A DNA stretch of 64,000 bases from a virus. Below the pieces are notes generated by a model. That model saw only the letters and a list, made by a program, of their open reading frames with translations, was not told the origin of the DNA and did not search any database. Of this stretch, positions 48,051 through 58,002 are shown piece after piece. The position numbers and the translations under genes are program-made. Positions within the stretch are counted from its first letter, which is position 1; every line of letters begins with the position of its first letter. The stretch lies in IMG/VR virus record IMGVR_UViG_3300034105_003474, positions 80,874 through 144,873 of that record. One strand, given 5' to 3'.

Positions 48051-48788
48051 ATGAATATTGAAACAGGGAAAAAAGACCTTTCTACAAGAGGGCAAGAATT
48101 GCTGGAGTTTGCCTTAAAAGCAGACCACGGTTCACCAGCGTACAAAATACGACACTTTGTTGGCGACGCCCAAATTACCAAATACGCAAAATATAGACAA
48201 TTCGTGTTGGAACTACGTGCAAGAGAAGACTCTTTAGAAACAGCGCTTATTTCCATAGAGTTACAAAAAGCAAAAATTGCCAAACTCAAAAAGTTGCATG
48301 AAATCGCCCCACCCATAGACAAAGACGTTTTGCATTGGGAAACCGTTGAAGCAGAAGTTCAACTAGAAAGAATCACCCAACGGATAGGTCTCGCCTATTC
48401 GGAAAGACAGCGATATATTGACGCCTTAGAAGAGATGTATGAGAGCGGAGATGCCTACTTAGAAGACGGAACCGACATCAGGGAAACGTTCACTAATCCA
48501 GAACTGCAAGAAAAGATGGAAGCCGAACATTGGATGTATCGTCTAGGGAAACAGGCTGCTTTGGATTTAATAACCTACGGGCATGTAGGGACAGGTAATC
48601 TGGAAGCCATCTCCATGATGGGTCAAGACGATGCTATTAAAACGTTGAGACTGGCGCTCACATACTGCCATGGTGTCAAGTCTGCTCTAGGCACACTTGA
48701 ACAATCAGTATTGAAGGAAATACAGAACGGACTTTCACCAACCCTAAGCATTGAGGACACCAAGATTAGTAGGGAACTTGATGCATGA
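48051..48788 (+). CDS. Coiled-coil hypothetical protein
   Basis: GGAGG SD; heptad-rich; EHWMYRLGKQAALD..GHVGTGNL motif. Confidence 0.75.
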   Translation: MNIETGKKDLSTRGQELLEFALKADHGSPAYKIRHFVGDAQITKYAKYRQFVLELRAREDSLETALISIELQKAKIAKLKKLHEIAPPIDKDVLHWETVEAEVQLERITQRIGLAYSERQRYIDALEEMYESGDAYLEDGTDIRETFTNPELQEKMEAEHWMYRLGKQAALDLITYGHVGTGNLEAISMMGQDDAIKTLRLALTYCHGVKSALGTLEQSVLKEIQNGLSPTLSIEDTKISRELDA

Positions 48789-49348
48789 TTTATTTCGCCG
48801 TATACCTTGAGGATCAAAAACACTTTTCCAATTTTGAATGTATCGGCTCATATCTAAACTACGATGTCTACAAAGTAGAGCATCATGTATTTGTTCGTTT
48901 AGAATTTGCGAACAGGCGAGTTGTTTTTATTCACAACGAGGACGTCGCCATCTCTAGTAGGGTCGCTGGCGCTCGCCGAGACTTCGTAAGAGTCTCTGGT
49001 GATTTAGAGCGGATCAAGCAAAGATTTCCAGAAGAACTCTTGGTTCCGCACAAACCCCTCAAGTGGAACTATTACCTGACGGATGAGGACAAGAAAAATA
49101 CAGTTATTTTTATGAAAATCATCATAAGGGATACGATATTCAAGCATTTTGAGAACATGTATTTAGCGCACAAGACCCACACATCGCTGCTTCACAACTT
49201 GCTCGCATCGGAAGAAGTAGAACCCAACAAACTTTTGTTGGACAGCGTATCGCAGATAGATGATCTTGTTGATGAACTAAATCTAGTTGAAGACATTGCG
49301 GGGTGCAATGATTTCGTAGAGAAGTTTCAACGGAGCATTGGCTTATAA
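48785..49348 (+). CDS. Hypothetical protein
   Basis: ATGA-coupled 187-aa ORF. Confidence 0.7.
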   Translation: MIYFAVYLEDQKHFSNFECIGSYLNYDVYKVEHHVFVRLEFANRRVVFIHNEDVAISSRVAGARRDFVRVSGDLERIKQRFPEELLVPHKPLKWNYYLTDEDKKNTVIFMKIIIRDTIFKHFENMYLAHKTHTSLLHNLLASEEVEPNKLLLDSVSQIDDLVDELNLVEDIAGCNDFVEKFQRSIGL

Positions 49349-49351
49349 ATT

Positions 49352-51025
49352 ATGTTTAGTGTCCCCTTGAACCCCAAACTATCGGAAACAGAATTTTATG
49401 AGTTTGTTGATTTTTTAACCGAGCAAAAGTCGGTCATATATGACTTTTATTTCACTTCGCGCATTCCGCCGTTTTTGCAAGATGCGATGGGAGATGTTTT
49501 CTTGGGGGGCAGGGATGACCATCAATGGCTCCTAGAGTCGGCTTTACATATACAAGAGGTGACAGGCATTAAGGCGTCTGCGACTTTTAATAACATCAAC
49601 GTTCCACCCACTCAACGCAATCTTGAGTTGTTCATCAGAGAGTTTGCTCCCCTGTATGAGGCGGGGATACATTCGGCGACTATACCTCACACGCACTGGG
49701 TTGCTACCAAACAAATACAAAAAGCGTTTCCGGATCTGCTTATCAAAAATACTATTTTGAGAAATGTAAGCGACCCGCGAGATGTAGAGGGTCTTGCCAA
49801 GGCGGGCTTTCATTACATAAATCTAGACCGTGATTTGATGAGAGACCACGAAAAACTGTTGAGGTTTAAAAAAGCCAAAGAAATGTTTGGGGTAAAACTT
49901 TCAATTTTGGCAAACGAAGGATGTCTTGGTGGTTGCATCATGATGGACGAACATTACGAGTTCAATAACTCGCGAAGTGTGGAAAACCCACAGTATTTCA
50001 CCGACCCAATCAGCAGGGTGTCTTGCCCTAAATGGGATTTTGAAGATTTGGCTGTCCCTCTAAAAACCGCCAATCTTCCACCGTGGAGAGAAGATTGGGA
50101 GGAAATGTTTTCAACATTAGGCATTGATGTAATCAAAATGCACGGTCGTGAGTCCATCTCTCGTCTGAAGGAAACGATGGCGATTGTTCGGAACTATTCT
50201 GACAAAAAAGAGATTCTGTTTGAGCACTTCTCAAGTTACATAGAAGAAGTCAACGTCGTTGATAGACCAATAGACGTGTGGAGGAAAAAGATTAAGACCT
50301 GCAAGTTTGATTGTTGGGATTGCCATTATTGTGACAAAATCATACAAAACAAATATGGTGACAACAGGAGCAGGTCTGTTCTTAATGTTACGAATGCTTT
50401 GGTTGAGTCGGTCGGAGTGGATTTGCAAATCAACATTCCTGGCTTAACAAGCACAAAAGTGCAGTCGCTTCTCAATGGGCTTGCAAAGAATTGCAATTCC
50501 TATTTGGAGGTTGGCTCCTTCTTGGGGGCGACGGCAGCGGCTGTTCTTAAAAACAATAAATTGAATGCATATTTTGTTGACAATTGGGAGCAAAACATTC
50601 AGCCCGCCGAGGCTGACATCACAATGCCAGACAGCAATAAAAATGATTTCTTAATGAATATAAAACAATATATCGGTGCAAATAATGTTATGGTTTTAGA
50701 CCAATCATTATTGTCAGTAGATGTTGAAAAAATTGAGCCAATAGACCTGTTCTTCTACGATGGACCCCATAATGCTAATGAGGTTGTGCAAGCAGTTCGT
50801 CATTTCTCCAAGGTATTCAACGAAGAATGCATCCTTGTTTTTGATGACGCTAATTGGTCAGACACCAAAATTGGGGTGGATGAAGCATTGGACGGGCTAG
50901 ATTTTAATGTTATATATTCCAAACAGATATTGAACTCAATAGAGTCTAAAACGGACTGGTGGAACGGTCTATATATACTCGTAGTTAAAAGGAAACCAAG
51001 AAGAACGGATAAGGAGCAATCATAA
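49352..51025 (+). CDS. Peptidase-U32-family (Fe-S) protein fused to a class I SAM methyltransferase
   Basis: INLDRDL, ANEGCLGGC, SC, IKMHGRE, CKFDCWDCHYC; C-terminal YLEVGSFLG, FFYDGPH, VFDD. Confidence 0.8.
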   Translation: MFSVPLNPKLSETEFYEFVDFLTEQKSVIYDFYFTSRIPPFLQDAMGDVFLGGRDDHQWLLESALHIQEVTGIKASATFNNINVPPTQRNLELFIREFAPLYEAGIHSATIPHTHWVATKQIQKAFPDLLIKNTILRNVSDPRDVEGLAKAGFHYINLDRDLMRDHEKLLRFKKAKEMFGVKLSILANEGCLGGCIMMDEHYEFNNSRSVENPQYFTDPISRVSCPKWDFEDLAVPLKTANLPPWREDWEEMFSTLGIDVIKMHGRESISRLKETMAIVRNYSDKKEILFEHFSSYIEEVNVVDRPIDVWRKKIKTCKFDCWDCHYCDKIIQNKYGDNRSRSVLNVTNALVESVGVDLQINIPGLTSTKVQSLLNGLAKNCNSYLEVGSFLGATAAAVLKNNKLNAYFVDNWEQNIQPAEADITMPDSNKNDFLMNIKQYIGANNVMVLDQSLLSVDVEKIEPIDLFFYDGPHNANEVVQAVRHFSKVFNEECILVFDDANWSDTKIGVDEALDGLDFNVIYSKQILNSIESKTDWWNGLYILVVKRKPRRTDKEQS

Positions 51026-51951
51026 ATTACAGTTTTGAAATTTTTACTAAAGGTCAGCAATACTTACTACTGCTCGCACTCATCATGGGTCTTTCTTTTT
51101 CCGCAAAAAAGACCCAAGTTTTCACACCCGTATACCGTTTCGTAGCAAAACGAATCAAATCAAAAAGAGTTGTTGTTGCGGTTCTTTCCACATTGTCTGG
51201 TGTGTTGCCAATAAATGGTAGGTGTTCGGTTTCTGCTGGCGCTTTAGACACTTTGGCTCCTCATGGAGATGACAACAAAAAGAAGAGAGCCAACTACGGT
51301 GTCATAGATTACCTGTCTACACACCATTACTATTTTTGGTCACCATTAGAAGCCACCGTTTTGGTCCCTATGGCGACTTTGGGGATTACTTACAGACAGT
51401 TCATGGGTCGCATCTGGCCGCTTCTTGTGACGGCAGTATTTGTGATTCTTTACTACATTTTCCGTGTGCTCAAAGAGGAAGATATTGAAATATCTTTTAG
51501 CGATGAGAAACAAACTGTTTCTTGGCAACAAGACAAGAAACAAATAATGTCATACGCCCGTACTCTTGTGTTTGTTTTTGCAGTAATCGTGCTCGGCAAC
51601 TTCGCCAAAGCCAACGCTGACACATTCAACTCTTTGGTTACTTTTGCCCATGAGAGAAACCTGCTTGTGTTGACAGCCATCGGAGGATTTTTGGCTAGTT
51701 TCGCTCTGGGTAGTAGTTCAAAGTTTGCAGGAATAACCGCGCTATCAACCAGCATTTTTGGGATCCAATACTTACCGTTGTTTTTTGCGATTGACTATGC
51801 CGGGTATATGTTGAGCCCTAGCCATAAGTGTTTAACTATCACGAAAAGTTACTTTGGGACACCATCAAAAGACCACTATCGCGCAGTATTGGCGTTGGTT
51901 GTCCCTGTGATGTGTGTTGGAATTCTTGCATATCTCACAGCGGGCGGGTAA
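51022..51951 (+). CDS. Polytopic membrane protein (ion-transporter/DUF401-like), probable ATA start
   Basis: Multiple TM helices, SGVLPINGR and GYMLSPSHKCL motifs; AAGGAG SD 5 nt before an in-frame ATA at 51022 (first ATG at 51085). Confidence 0.7.
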   Translation: MNYSFEIFTKGQQYLLLLALIMGLSFSAKKTQVFTPVYRFVAKRIKSKRVVVAVLSTLSGVLPINGRCSVSAGALDTLAPHGDDNKKKRANYGVIDYLSTHHYYFWSPLEATVLVPMATLGITYRQFMGRIWPLLVTAVFVILYYIFRVLKEEDIEISFSDEKQTVSWQQDKKQIMSYARTLVFVFAVIVLGNFAKANADTFNSLVTFAHERNLLVLTAIGGFLASFALGSSSKFAGITALSTSIFGIQYLPLFFAIDYAGYMLSPSHKCLTITKSYFGTPSKDHYRAVLALVVPVMCVGILAYLTAGG

Positions 51952-52653
51952 GTGAACAAGAAAACCATAAGGTTCACACCTGCCACAAAACAAATTGACA
52001 TGTGTTTGGATGCACCGAAACCGGCATCAGAACATGTTCCCGAATGGTATCGTCATTCGCAGAGATTCACGAACGACAAAATGGCATCCTCTCCCGGAGG
52101 GCTCAATAAAGACATCAAGTTATGTGTTCCGTTTTTAGATGCCATGATTTCTGGTTATTGCATTGAGTTGGCTTCGGATATTTTTATTGAACGAAACAAC
52201 AATGGTGTAGGGTTTTTATCACAAGGAGAAATAGAAGTGTTCAAGATGCGTCCCAAGGACACTGCCAGCCTTCTCCCCCGCCCGTCAGGTACAGACTTTG
52301 ACATGTATGCATGGACGGGAATCTGGGGGACAGAAACCCCCAAGGGTTATAGTTCTTTGTTTGTTCACCCATTGAACCGTTTTGACTTACCTTTTATAAC
52401 GACTTCGGGGATAATTGACAGTGATAAACACACCACGACTGGTGAAATACCTTTCTTTTTGAAGCAAGGTTTTGAAGGCATCATCCCTGCCGGAACTCCC
52501 ATAGTGCAGATAATCCCGTTCAAACGAGACGAGTGGGTATCCCAAAAAGACCCATACGATGAGGCTGTTGCTGAAAGAAAAAGTTTTGAGATCAACAAAC
52601 ATCTAGTTGGGGCTTACCGCAAACTGTCGTGGCAAAGAAAGAGTTATAAATAA
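51952..52653 (+). CDS. Hypothetical protein, possible dUTPase-like beta fold
   Basis: PEWY, CVPFLDAM, TPKGYS, HPLNR, SGIIDSD, GTPIVQIIPFKR motifs. Confidence 0.65.
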   Translation: MNKKTIRFTPATKQIDMCLDAPKPASEHVPEWYRHSQRFTNDKMASSPGGLNKDIKLCVPFLDAMISGYCIELASDIFIERNNNGVGFLSQGEIEVFKMRPKDTASLLPRPSGTDFDMYAWTGIWGTETPKGYSSLFVHPLNRFDLPFITTSGIIDSDKHTTTGEIPFFLKQGFEGIIPAGTPIVQIIPFKRDEWVSQKDPYDEAVAERKSFEINKHLVGAYRKLSWQRKSYK

Positions 52654-52689
52654 CGCAAATCCGTACAATCTCGTGAGATACAATGGTTT

Positions 52690-53697
52690 ATGCCTTATTC
52701 CATACCACTCAACCAGAGGGTTCAACTAAGAAGGGACACCTCTGCTAATTGGACATCGGGCAACCCGGTGTTGAAATCTGGGGAAATTGGGTACGAAACA
52801 GATACCAAACAACTCAAAATAGGTGACAGCGCCACCTATTGGACAGATCTCGCCTACTTTGCAAGCAGCGAAGTTGATGACCTTCCTGACCTCGGAGATG
52901 TCACCATTACCAATGTTTCAAATGGTGACTATTTGCGTTGGAACGGCACAGCGTGGGTTAACGACCCTATCAATCTTGGCTCGGATACTACTGGCTCATA
53001 TGTTTCGTCTATCGTGGCAGGTACCGGCATTACGCTCACGAACAACTCTGGTGAAGGAGCAACACCAACCGTTGCTGTAGACGTTTCCACTATTCAAGCA
53101 AAAGTATCTGGTGTAACAGACACAGAGATTGGCTACCTAGATGGTGTCACTTCAGCAATTCAAACACAGTTAGACACAATTGTTGATTACTACATCACAA
53201 ACTCTGGGAGCGGTGCATATTCAGTCAATGGTGTTTCCAACGGAATGATTCATTTTAAAAAAGGCAAAAAGTACAAAGTTAGTATCAATGCATCGGGTCA
53301 TCCATTTTGGATACAAACAGTTTCAGGTGCATACTCATCAGGCAATGTTTATAGCACGGGCATCACAAATGGTGGAACGCAAAGCGGCATGATTTTTGTG
53401 GAACTTCCACAAAACGCCCCCGACACTCTTTATTATGCTTGCCAATATCACAGTTCCATGGCTGGTTCTATATCAACGCTCAGTATTGAGCCAGACGTTA
53501 AAACACAATTAGATACGAAAGCACCGCTTGCCGACCCTTCCCTCACAGGGAACCCGCTTGCCCCTACGCAATCCGCAGGGAATAACACGACTAGAATTGC
53601 TACGACTGCTTTTGTAACCAACGCAGTTGCTACCGGCGTTGCTTCGGTTGATGCTTTCAGTGACCAATTCTTTATAGGTACACAAATATGGTCTTGA
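52690..53697 (+). CDS. Tail fibre protein with Mtd-like N-terminus and a cupredoxin-like module
   Basis: VQLRRDTSANW..NPVL..GEIGYETDT..KIGD; GHPFWIQT..LYYACQYHSSMAG. TACAAT 5 nt before the ATG (possibly leaderless). Confidence 0.8.
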   Translation: MPYSIPLNQRVQLRRDTSANWTSGNPVLKSGEIGYETDTKQLKIGDSATYWTDLAYFASSEVDDLPDLGDVTITNVSNGDYLRWNGTAWVNDPINLGSDTTGSYVSSIVAGTGITLTNNSGEGATPTVAVDVSTIQAKVSGVTDTEIGYLDGVTSAIQTQLDTIVDYYITNSGSGAYSVNGVSNGMIHFKKGKKYKVSINASGHPFWIQTVSGAYSSGNVYSTGITNGGTQSGMIFVELPQNAPDTLYYACQYHSSMAGSISTLSIEPDVKTQLDTKAPLADPSLTGNPLAPTQSAGNNTTRIATTAFVTNAVATGVASVDAFSDQFFIGTQIWS

Positions 53698-53709
53698 CAG
53701 GAGGCGATT

Positions 53710-54081
53710 ATGGCAACTTTAAGTAAATTAGCGTTACAACCAGCAGGGACAACAGGTGATGGTTTAGGTATTTTGGTTGCCGCTACCGCTACGGCTGGTA
53801 CAGCAATTCATACTGCTTCATCTACCGCTACAACAGTTGACGAGGTTTGGTTGTATGCGTATAATAATCATTCGGCATCTATTTTGCTGACAATTGAGTT
53901 TGGTGGTGTGACTGCACCTAAAGATGTAATCAAACAAACCCTTACTGCTCAGAATGGTTTAGTTCTTGTAGTCGCTGGTCTTTTGGTTCAAGGTAACGCC
54001 ACAGCCAAAGTTATTCGCGCTTTCGCTGCTACGGCTAACCAAATTTCAATCTTTGGGTACGTCAACCGTATAACGGCGTAG
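53710..54081 (+). CDS. Small tail-associated protein
   Basis: DEVWLYAYN..GYVNRI; GGAGG SD. Confidence 0.7.
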   Translation: MATLSKLALQPAGTTGDGLGILVAATATAGTAIHTASSTATTVDEVWLYAYNNHSASILLTIEFGGVTAPKDVIKQTLTAQNGLVLVVAGLLVQGNATAKVIRAFAATANQISIFGYVNRITA

Positions 54082-54087
54082 GTTCAT

Positions 54088-55053
54088 ATGCGTCGCTCGT
54101 ACGATTTGCGCTCGCTAAATAACACGAGGGTTGGTTCTTGGTTGAACCCTTCTTTTGGTGGTTTGGGTACAACATTATTTTCCCCACCTACAGTTGAATA
54201 TCTTGTTATTGCTGGTGGCGGCGGTGGTGGCGGTGGAGCAGGTTCAGCAGGTGGCGGTGGCGGTGGCGCTGGTGGCTATCGCACAAGCGTAGTGGGAGCA
54301 ACTTCTGGTGGCGGTAGCGCTGCAGAATCCGTACTGAGTGTTACGGCAGGAACCGTCTACACAGTTACCGTTGGTGCTGGAGGAACCGGGCGTGTTGCAT
54401 CTGCGTCATGGACTAATGGATTTGACTCTGTTCTGGGTTCTATCACCTCTACAGGTGGAGGCAAAGGAGGTATGCAACAAAACTACGCTGGTTCAACTGG
54501 TGGATCTGGCGGAGGCGGCGGAGGCGGTGATGGTAGTGGTGTTCAACCAAATACTGCTGGTGCTGGGACACCCAATCAAGGCTATGCGGGTGGTCGTGGT
54601 GGACACACTGGTGGCGTGGCACTCGGTGGTGGAGGTGGTGGTGGAGCAGGAGCCATTGGAGTGGACTGGAACACAACCGTTGGTGGTAATGGTGGAGCGG
54701 GATTATCTTCATCTATCACGGGCTCGGCTGTAACGAGAGGTGGTGGAGGTGGAGGGTCACAGAACACCAACACAGGAGCAAGAACTCCGGGTTCTGGTGG
54801 TGCTGGAGGTGGAGGGCAAGGTGGTTATTCACCAGCAGAAGGTGGTGCGGGAAGTGCCAATACTGGAGGTGGTGGTGGTGGTGGTGCTCATAGTGCTGAT
54901 GCGTCGGGCGGTAATGGTGGGTCTGGTGTTGTAATTTTGCGTTACCCAGATGCATACCTCGCCGCAACATCTACTACTGGTTCACCAACAATTACAAACC
55001 CAACCGGCTACAGGGTCTATACTTTTACGGCTTCGGGAAGCATAACTTTCTGA
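54088..55053 (+). CDS. Glycine-rich adhesin-like protein
   Basis: EYLVIAGGG start, polyglycine runs, GGSGVVILRY..YRVYTFTASGSITF end. Confidence 0.8.
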   Translation: MRRSYDLRSLNNTRVGSWLNPSFGGLGTTLFSPPTVEYLVIAGGGGGGGGAGSAGGGGGGAGGYRTSVVGATSGGGSAAESVLSVTAGTVYTVTVGAGGTGRVASASWTNGFDSVLGSITSTGGGKGGMQQNYAGSTGGSGGGGGGGDGSGVQPNTAGAGTPNQGYAGGRGGHTGGVALGGGGGGGAGAIGVDWNTTVGGNGGAGLSSSITGSAVTRGGGGGGSQNTNTGARTPGSGGAGGGGQGGYSPAEGGAGSANTGGGGGGGAHSADASGGNGGSGVVILRYPDAYLAATSTTGSPTITNPTGYRVYTFTASGSITF

Positions 55054-55152
55054 TGGGTAATCCCTATACACGCAACCGTATTGTCACAAGGATTAATCGG
55101 TTTGCCATTGTTATTGTATAATTGTAAAAGAATTTACCCTAGGAGATAAGAA

Positions 55153-55269
55153 ATGGCACATTACACGTTTACAGATACGGACGATGTTGCGACGCAAACA
55201 GTTACGGGTATTAGCGAACAGACATCAACATGGATGGAACTACCACTACATTCAGATGATTTTGAATAG
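55153..55269 (+). pseudogene. Truncated remnant of an MAHF/Y-type tail-associated gene (38 aa)
   Basis: AGGAG SD; MAHYTFTDTDDVATQTVTGISEQ.. resembles the start of 59773-60141 and occupies the equivalent position after a Gly-rich gene. Confidence 0.5.
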
Positions 55270-55284
55270 GTAAAGGCACAACAA

Positions 55285-57999
55285 ATGGCTGCCATGAATT
55301 TCCCCGACTCGCCAACGGGTGGAGACACGTTTACGGTCGGTGATAAAACTTGGGTTTATTCTGGCGGGAAATGGATCACACAAGTACAAGCAGGAGGAGT
55401 CGTAGGGGACATCGCCCTTGGTTCCGGCACTTCAGGTGCCTACGTATTGGCGCTTGTTGCTGGCACAGGAATAACTCTTGCGAACAACTCTGGGGAAAGT
55501 GCCACCCCTACCGTTTCTGTTAACACAAGCACAATTCAGGCAAGAGTAGCAAACGTAACGGACACAGAAATCGGTTACTTGGATGGGGTAACTAGCGCAA
55601 TCCAAACACAGTTTGATGCTAAGGCACCTTTGGCTTCGCCGACTTTCACAGGAACAGTAACGATCCCTGATAACACCGTTGCTCTTGGAACTAAGACAAC
55701 TGGAGATTATGTTTCCTCGCTTGTCGCAGGCACAGGCGTCACTCTTTCCAACAACTCGGGCGAAACAGCAACACCGACTATTGCTATTGGTCAAGAAGTT
55801 GCCACAAACAGTAACGTAACTTTCAACGACTTGACAGTCGCTGGCAACTTAACTGTTTCTGGTACAACAACAACCATAAATAGCACTGCTGTAAATGTTC
55901 AAAATCAAGTGGTTTTTGAAGGAACAACTGCCGACAATTTTGAGACAATACTCACAGTTGTTGACCCAACCGCTGACAGAACCATCACGATCCCTGACGC
56001 AACCACAACCATGGTTGGAACCGACACAACACAAACACTAACAAATAAAACACTCACATCACCAGTTATTAATACTCCCACAGGGATCGTTAAGGGGGAT
56101 GTTGGGCTTGGCTTGGTAGATAATACGGCAGATACCGCTAAACCAGTTTCCACTGCACAACAAACTGCTCTTGACCTAAAAGCGAACCTTGCAAGTCCTA
56201 CCTTTACAGGAACGGTAACACTTCCTACGGGCACCGTTGCCACAACGCAAACGGCTGCTGATAGCACAACAAAAGTTGCTACCACAGCATTTGTCACTAC
56301 CGCAGACGCATTAAAAGCAGATTTGGCTTCACCAACATTTACGGGCACAGTAACAACAAACAACCTTACAGTCTCAGGAAACCTTGTGGTTTCAGGGACA
56401 TCAACTTCAATCAACACAGAAACACTGACCGTTGACGACAACATTATTATTCTCAACAACAATGTTACGGGTTCACCTACAGAAAACGCGGGAATAGAAG
56501 TTGAACGCGGAACAAGCGCCAATGTTCTACTCCGTTGGAATGAATCAGCAGATAAATGGGAATTCACAAATGACGGCACAATATATAGAGACATCGGTTC
56601 TGGTGGTGCGGCAATTTCTGCGACATCGCCAACGTCGCCGTTACAAGGACAAATTTGGTTTAATTCTTCAACATTAGAAACATATGTCTATTACGGAACA
56701 CAATGGTTGCAGGTAACTGGCGAACAAGACCTTGTAGAAGATTTAACTGACCTTTCCGATGTTTTATTCACCAACCCGGTAAACGGTCAATTCCTGAAAT
56801 TTGATGGAACTCGCTGGGTTAACGGAACTATTCCAACTATCAACACCTTGGATGACATTGGTGACGTAACAATTACTTCGGTAAGTAGTGGTCAAGTTCT
56901 CAAATGGAACGGAACCGCTTGGGCTAATGCCGCCGATAACACTGGTACAACAATTAGTTCCATTGATGACATTAATGATGTAACAATTACCTCGGTTCAA
57001 AACGGCGATTTGCTTAAATGGAACGGAACTGCTTGGGTGAATGCGGCGGGTTATGCGCTACTCGCTTCACCAACTTTTACTGGCACGGTAACAATTCCTT
57101 CTGGCGCATCAATATCTGGTTTCGCCCCACTTGCTTCACCGACCTTCACTGGAACGGCAACAGCAAACGACCTTACAGTCTCGGGGAATCTAACAGTCTC
57201 GGGAACAACGACATCAATCAACACGGAAACATTAACCGTTGATGACAACATCATTATTCTCAACAACAATGTCACATCAACTCCTACAGAAAATGCTGGC
57301 ATAGAAGTTGAGCGTGGTACGTCTGCGAATGTTCTTATTCGCTGGAACGAAACCAACGATAAATGGGAATTCACCAACGACGGATCTGTTTATAGCAACC
57401 TAGGCGCTGGTGGTGCAACAATTTCTGACACCGCGCCCGCATCACCTACTGCTGGTCAAATCTGGTTCCAATCAACTAACGGAAAAACATTTGTTTACTA
57501 TGACTCATCTTGGATTGAAGTCGGCGGTATCGGTACGGGCGCACGAATGGTGTCCAGTTCTTCCGCACCAGCGTCACCTCTTGAAGGAAGTATGTGGTTT
57601 GATACCGATACTGCACAAACCTTCGTTTATTACGATTCTTCGTGGATTGAAATCGGTGCATCAGGTGTAACCGCGAGCGTGCAAGATACCGCCCCAGCCT
57701 CCCCTGTTTCTGGGCAGATATGGTTCAACTCGCTCACGGGTGGAACATATGTCTATTACGGAACAAACTGGATTGAAGTAGGAGCATCCCCATTTAGCGC
57801 ACTAGTAAACACCATTAACGCTAAAGGTGACCTTCTTGTAGGAACTGCCGATAACACACTTGGCGGGCTTACAGCAGGTTCAGCCAACCAAGTTCTTACA
57901 GTAGATTCGTCTACAGCAACTGGTCTAAAATGGAGTACTCCCACGGAGTATGCATCAACAGGCAAGGCAATTGCTATGGCAATTGTCTTCGGAGGATAA
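55285..57999 (+). CDS. Long mosaic tail fibre with internal duplications
   Basis: LASPTFTGT x5, duplicated DNIIILN..AGIEVERG..WNE block, repeated GQIWF..YVYY..W modules. Confidence 0.82.
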   Translation: MAAMNFPDSPTGGDTFTVGDKTWVYSGGKWITQVQAGGVVGDIALGSGTSGAYVLALVAGTGITLANNSGESATPTVSVNTSTIQARVANVTDTEIGYLDGVTSAIQTQFDAKAPLASPTFTGTVTIPDNTVALGTKTTGDYVSSLVAGTGVTLSNNSGETATPTIAIGQEVATNSNVTFNDLTVAGNLTVSGTTTTINSTAVNVQNQVVFEGTTADNFETILTVVDPTADRTITIPDATTTMVGTDTTQTLTNKTLTSPVINTPTGIVKGDVGLGLVDNTADTAKPVSTAQQTALDLKANLASPTFTGTVTLPTGTVATTQTAADSTTKVATTAFVTTADALKADLASPTFTGTVTTNNLTVSGNLVVSGTSTSINTETLTVDDNIIILNNNVTGSPTENAGIEVERGTSANVLLRWNESADKWEFTNDGTIYRDIGSGGAAISATSPTSPLQGQIWFNSSTLETYVYYGTQWLQVTGEQDLVEDLTDLSDVLFTNPVNGQFLKFDGTRWVNGTIPTINTLDDIGDVTITSVSSGQVLKWNGTAWANAADNTGTTISSIDDINDVTITSVQNGDLLKWNGTAWVNAAGYALLASPTFTGTVTIPSGASISGFAPLASPTFTGTATANDLTVSGNLTVSGTTTSINTETLTVDDNIIILNNNVTSTPTENAGIEVERGTSANVLIRWNETNDKWEFTNDGSVYSNLGAGGATISDTAPASPTAGQIWFQSTNGKTFVYYDSSWIEVGGIGTGARMVSSSSAPASPLEGSMWFDTDTAQTFVYYDSSWIEIGASGVTASVQDTAPASPVSGQIWFNSLTGGTYVYYGTNWIEVGASPFSALVNTINAKGDLLVGTADNTLGGLTAGSANQVLTVDSSTATGLKWSTPTEYASTGKAIAMAIVFGG

Positions 58000-58002
58000 A
58001 TC

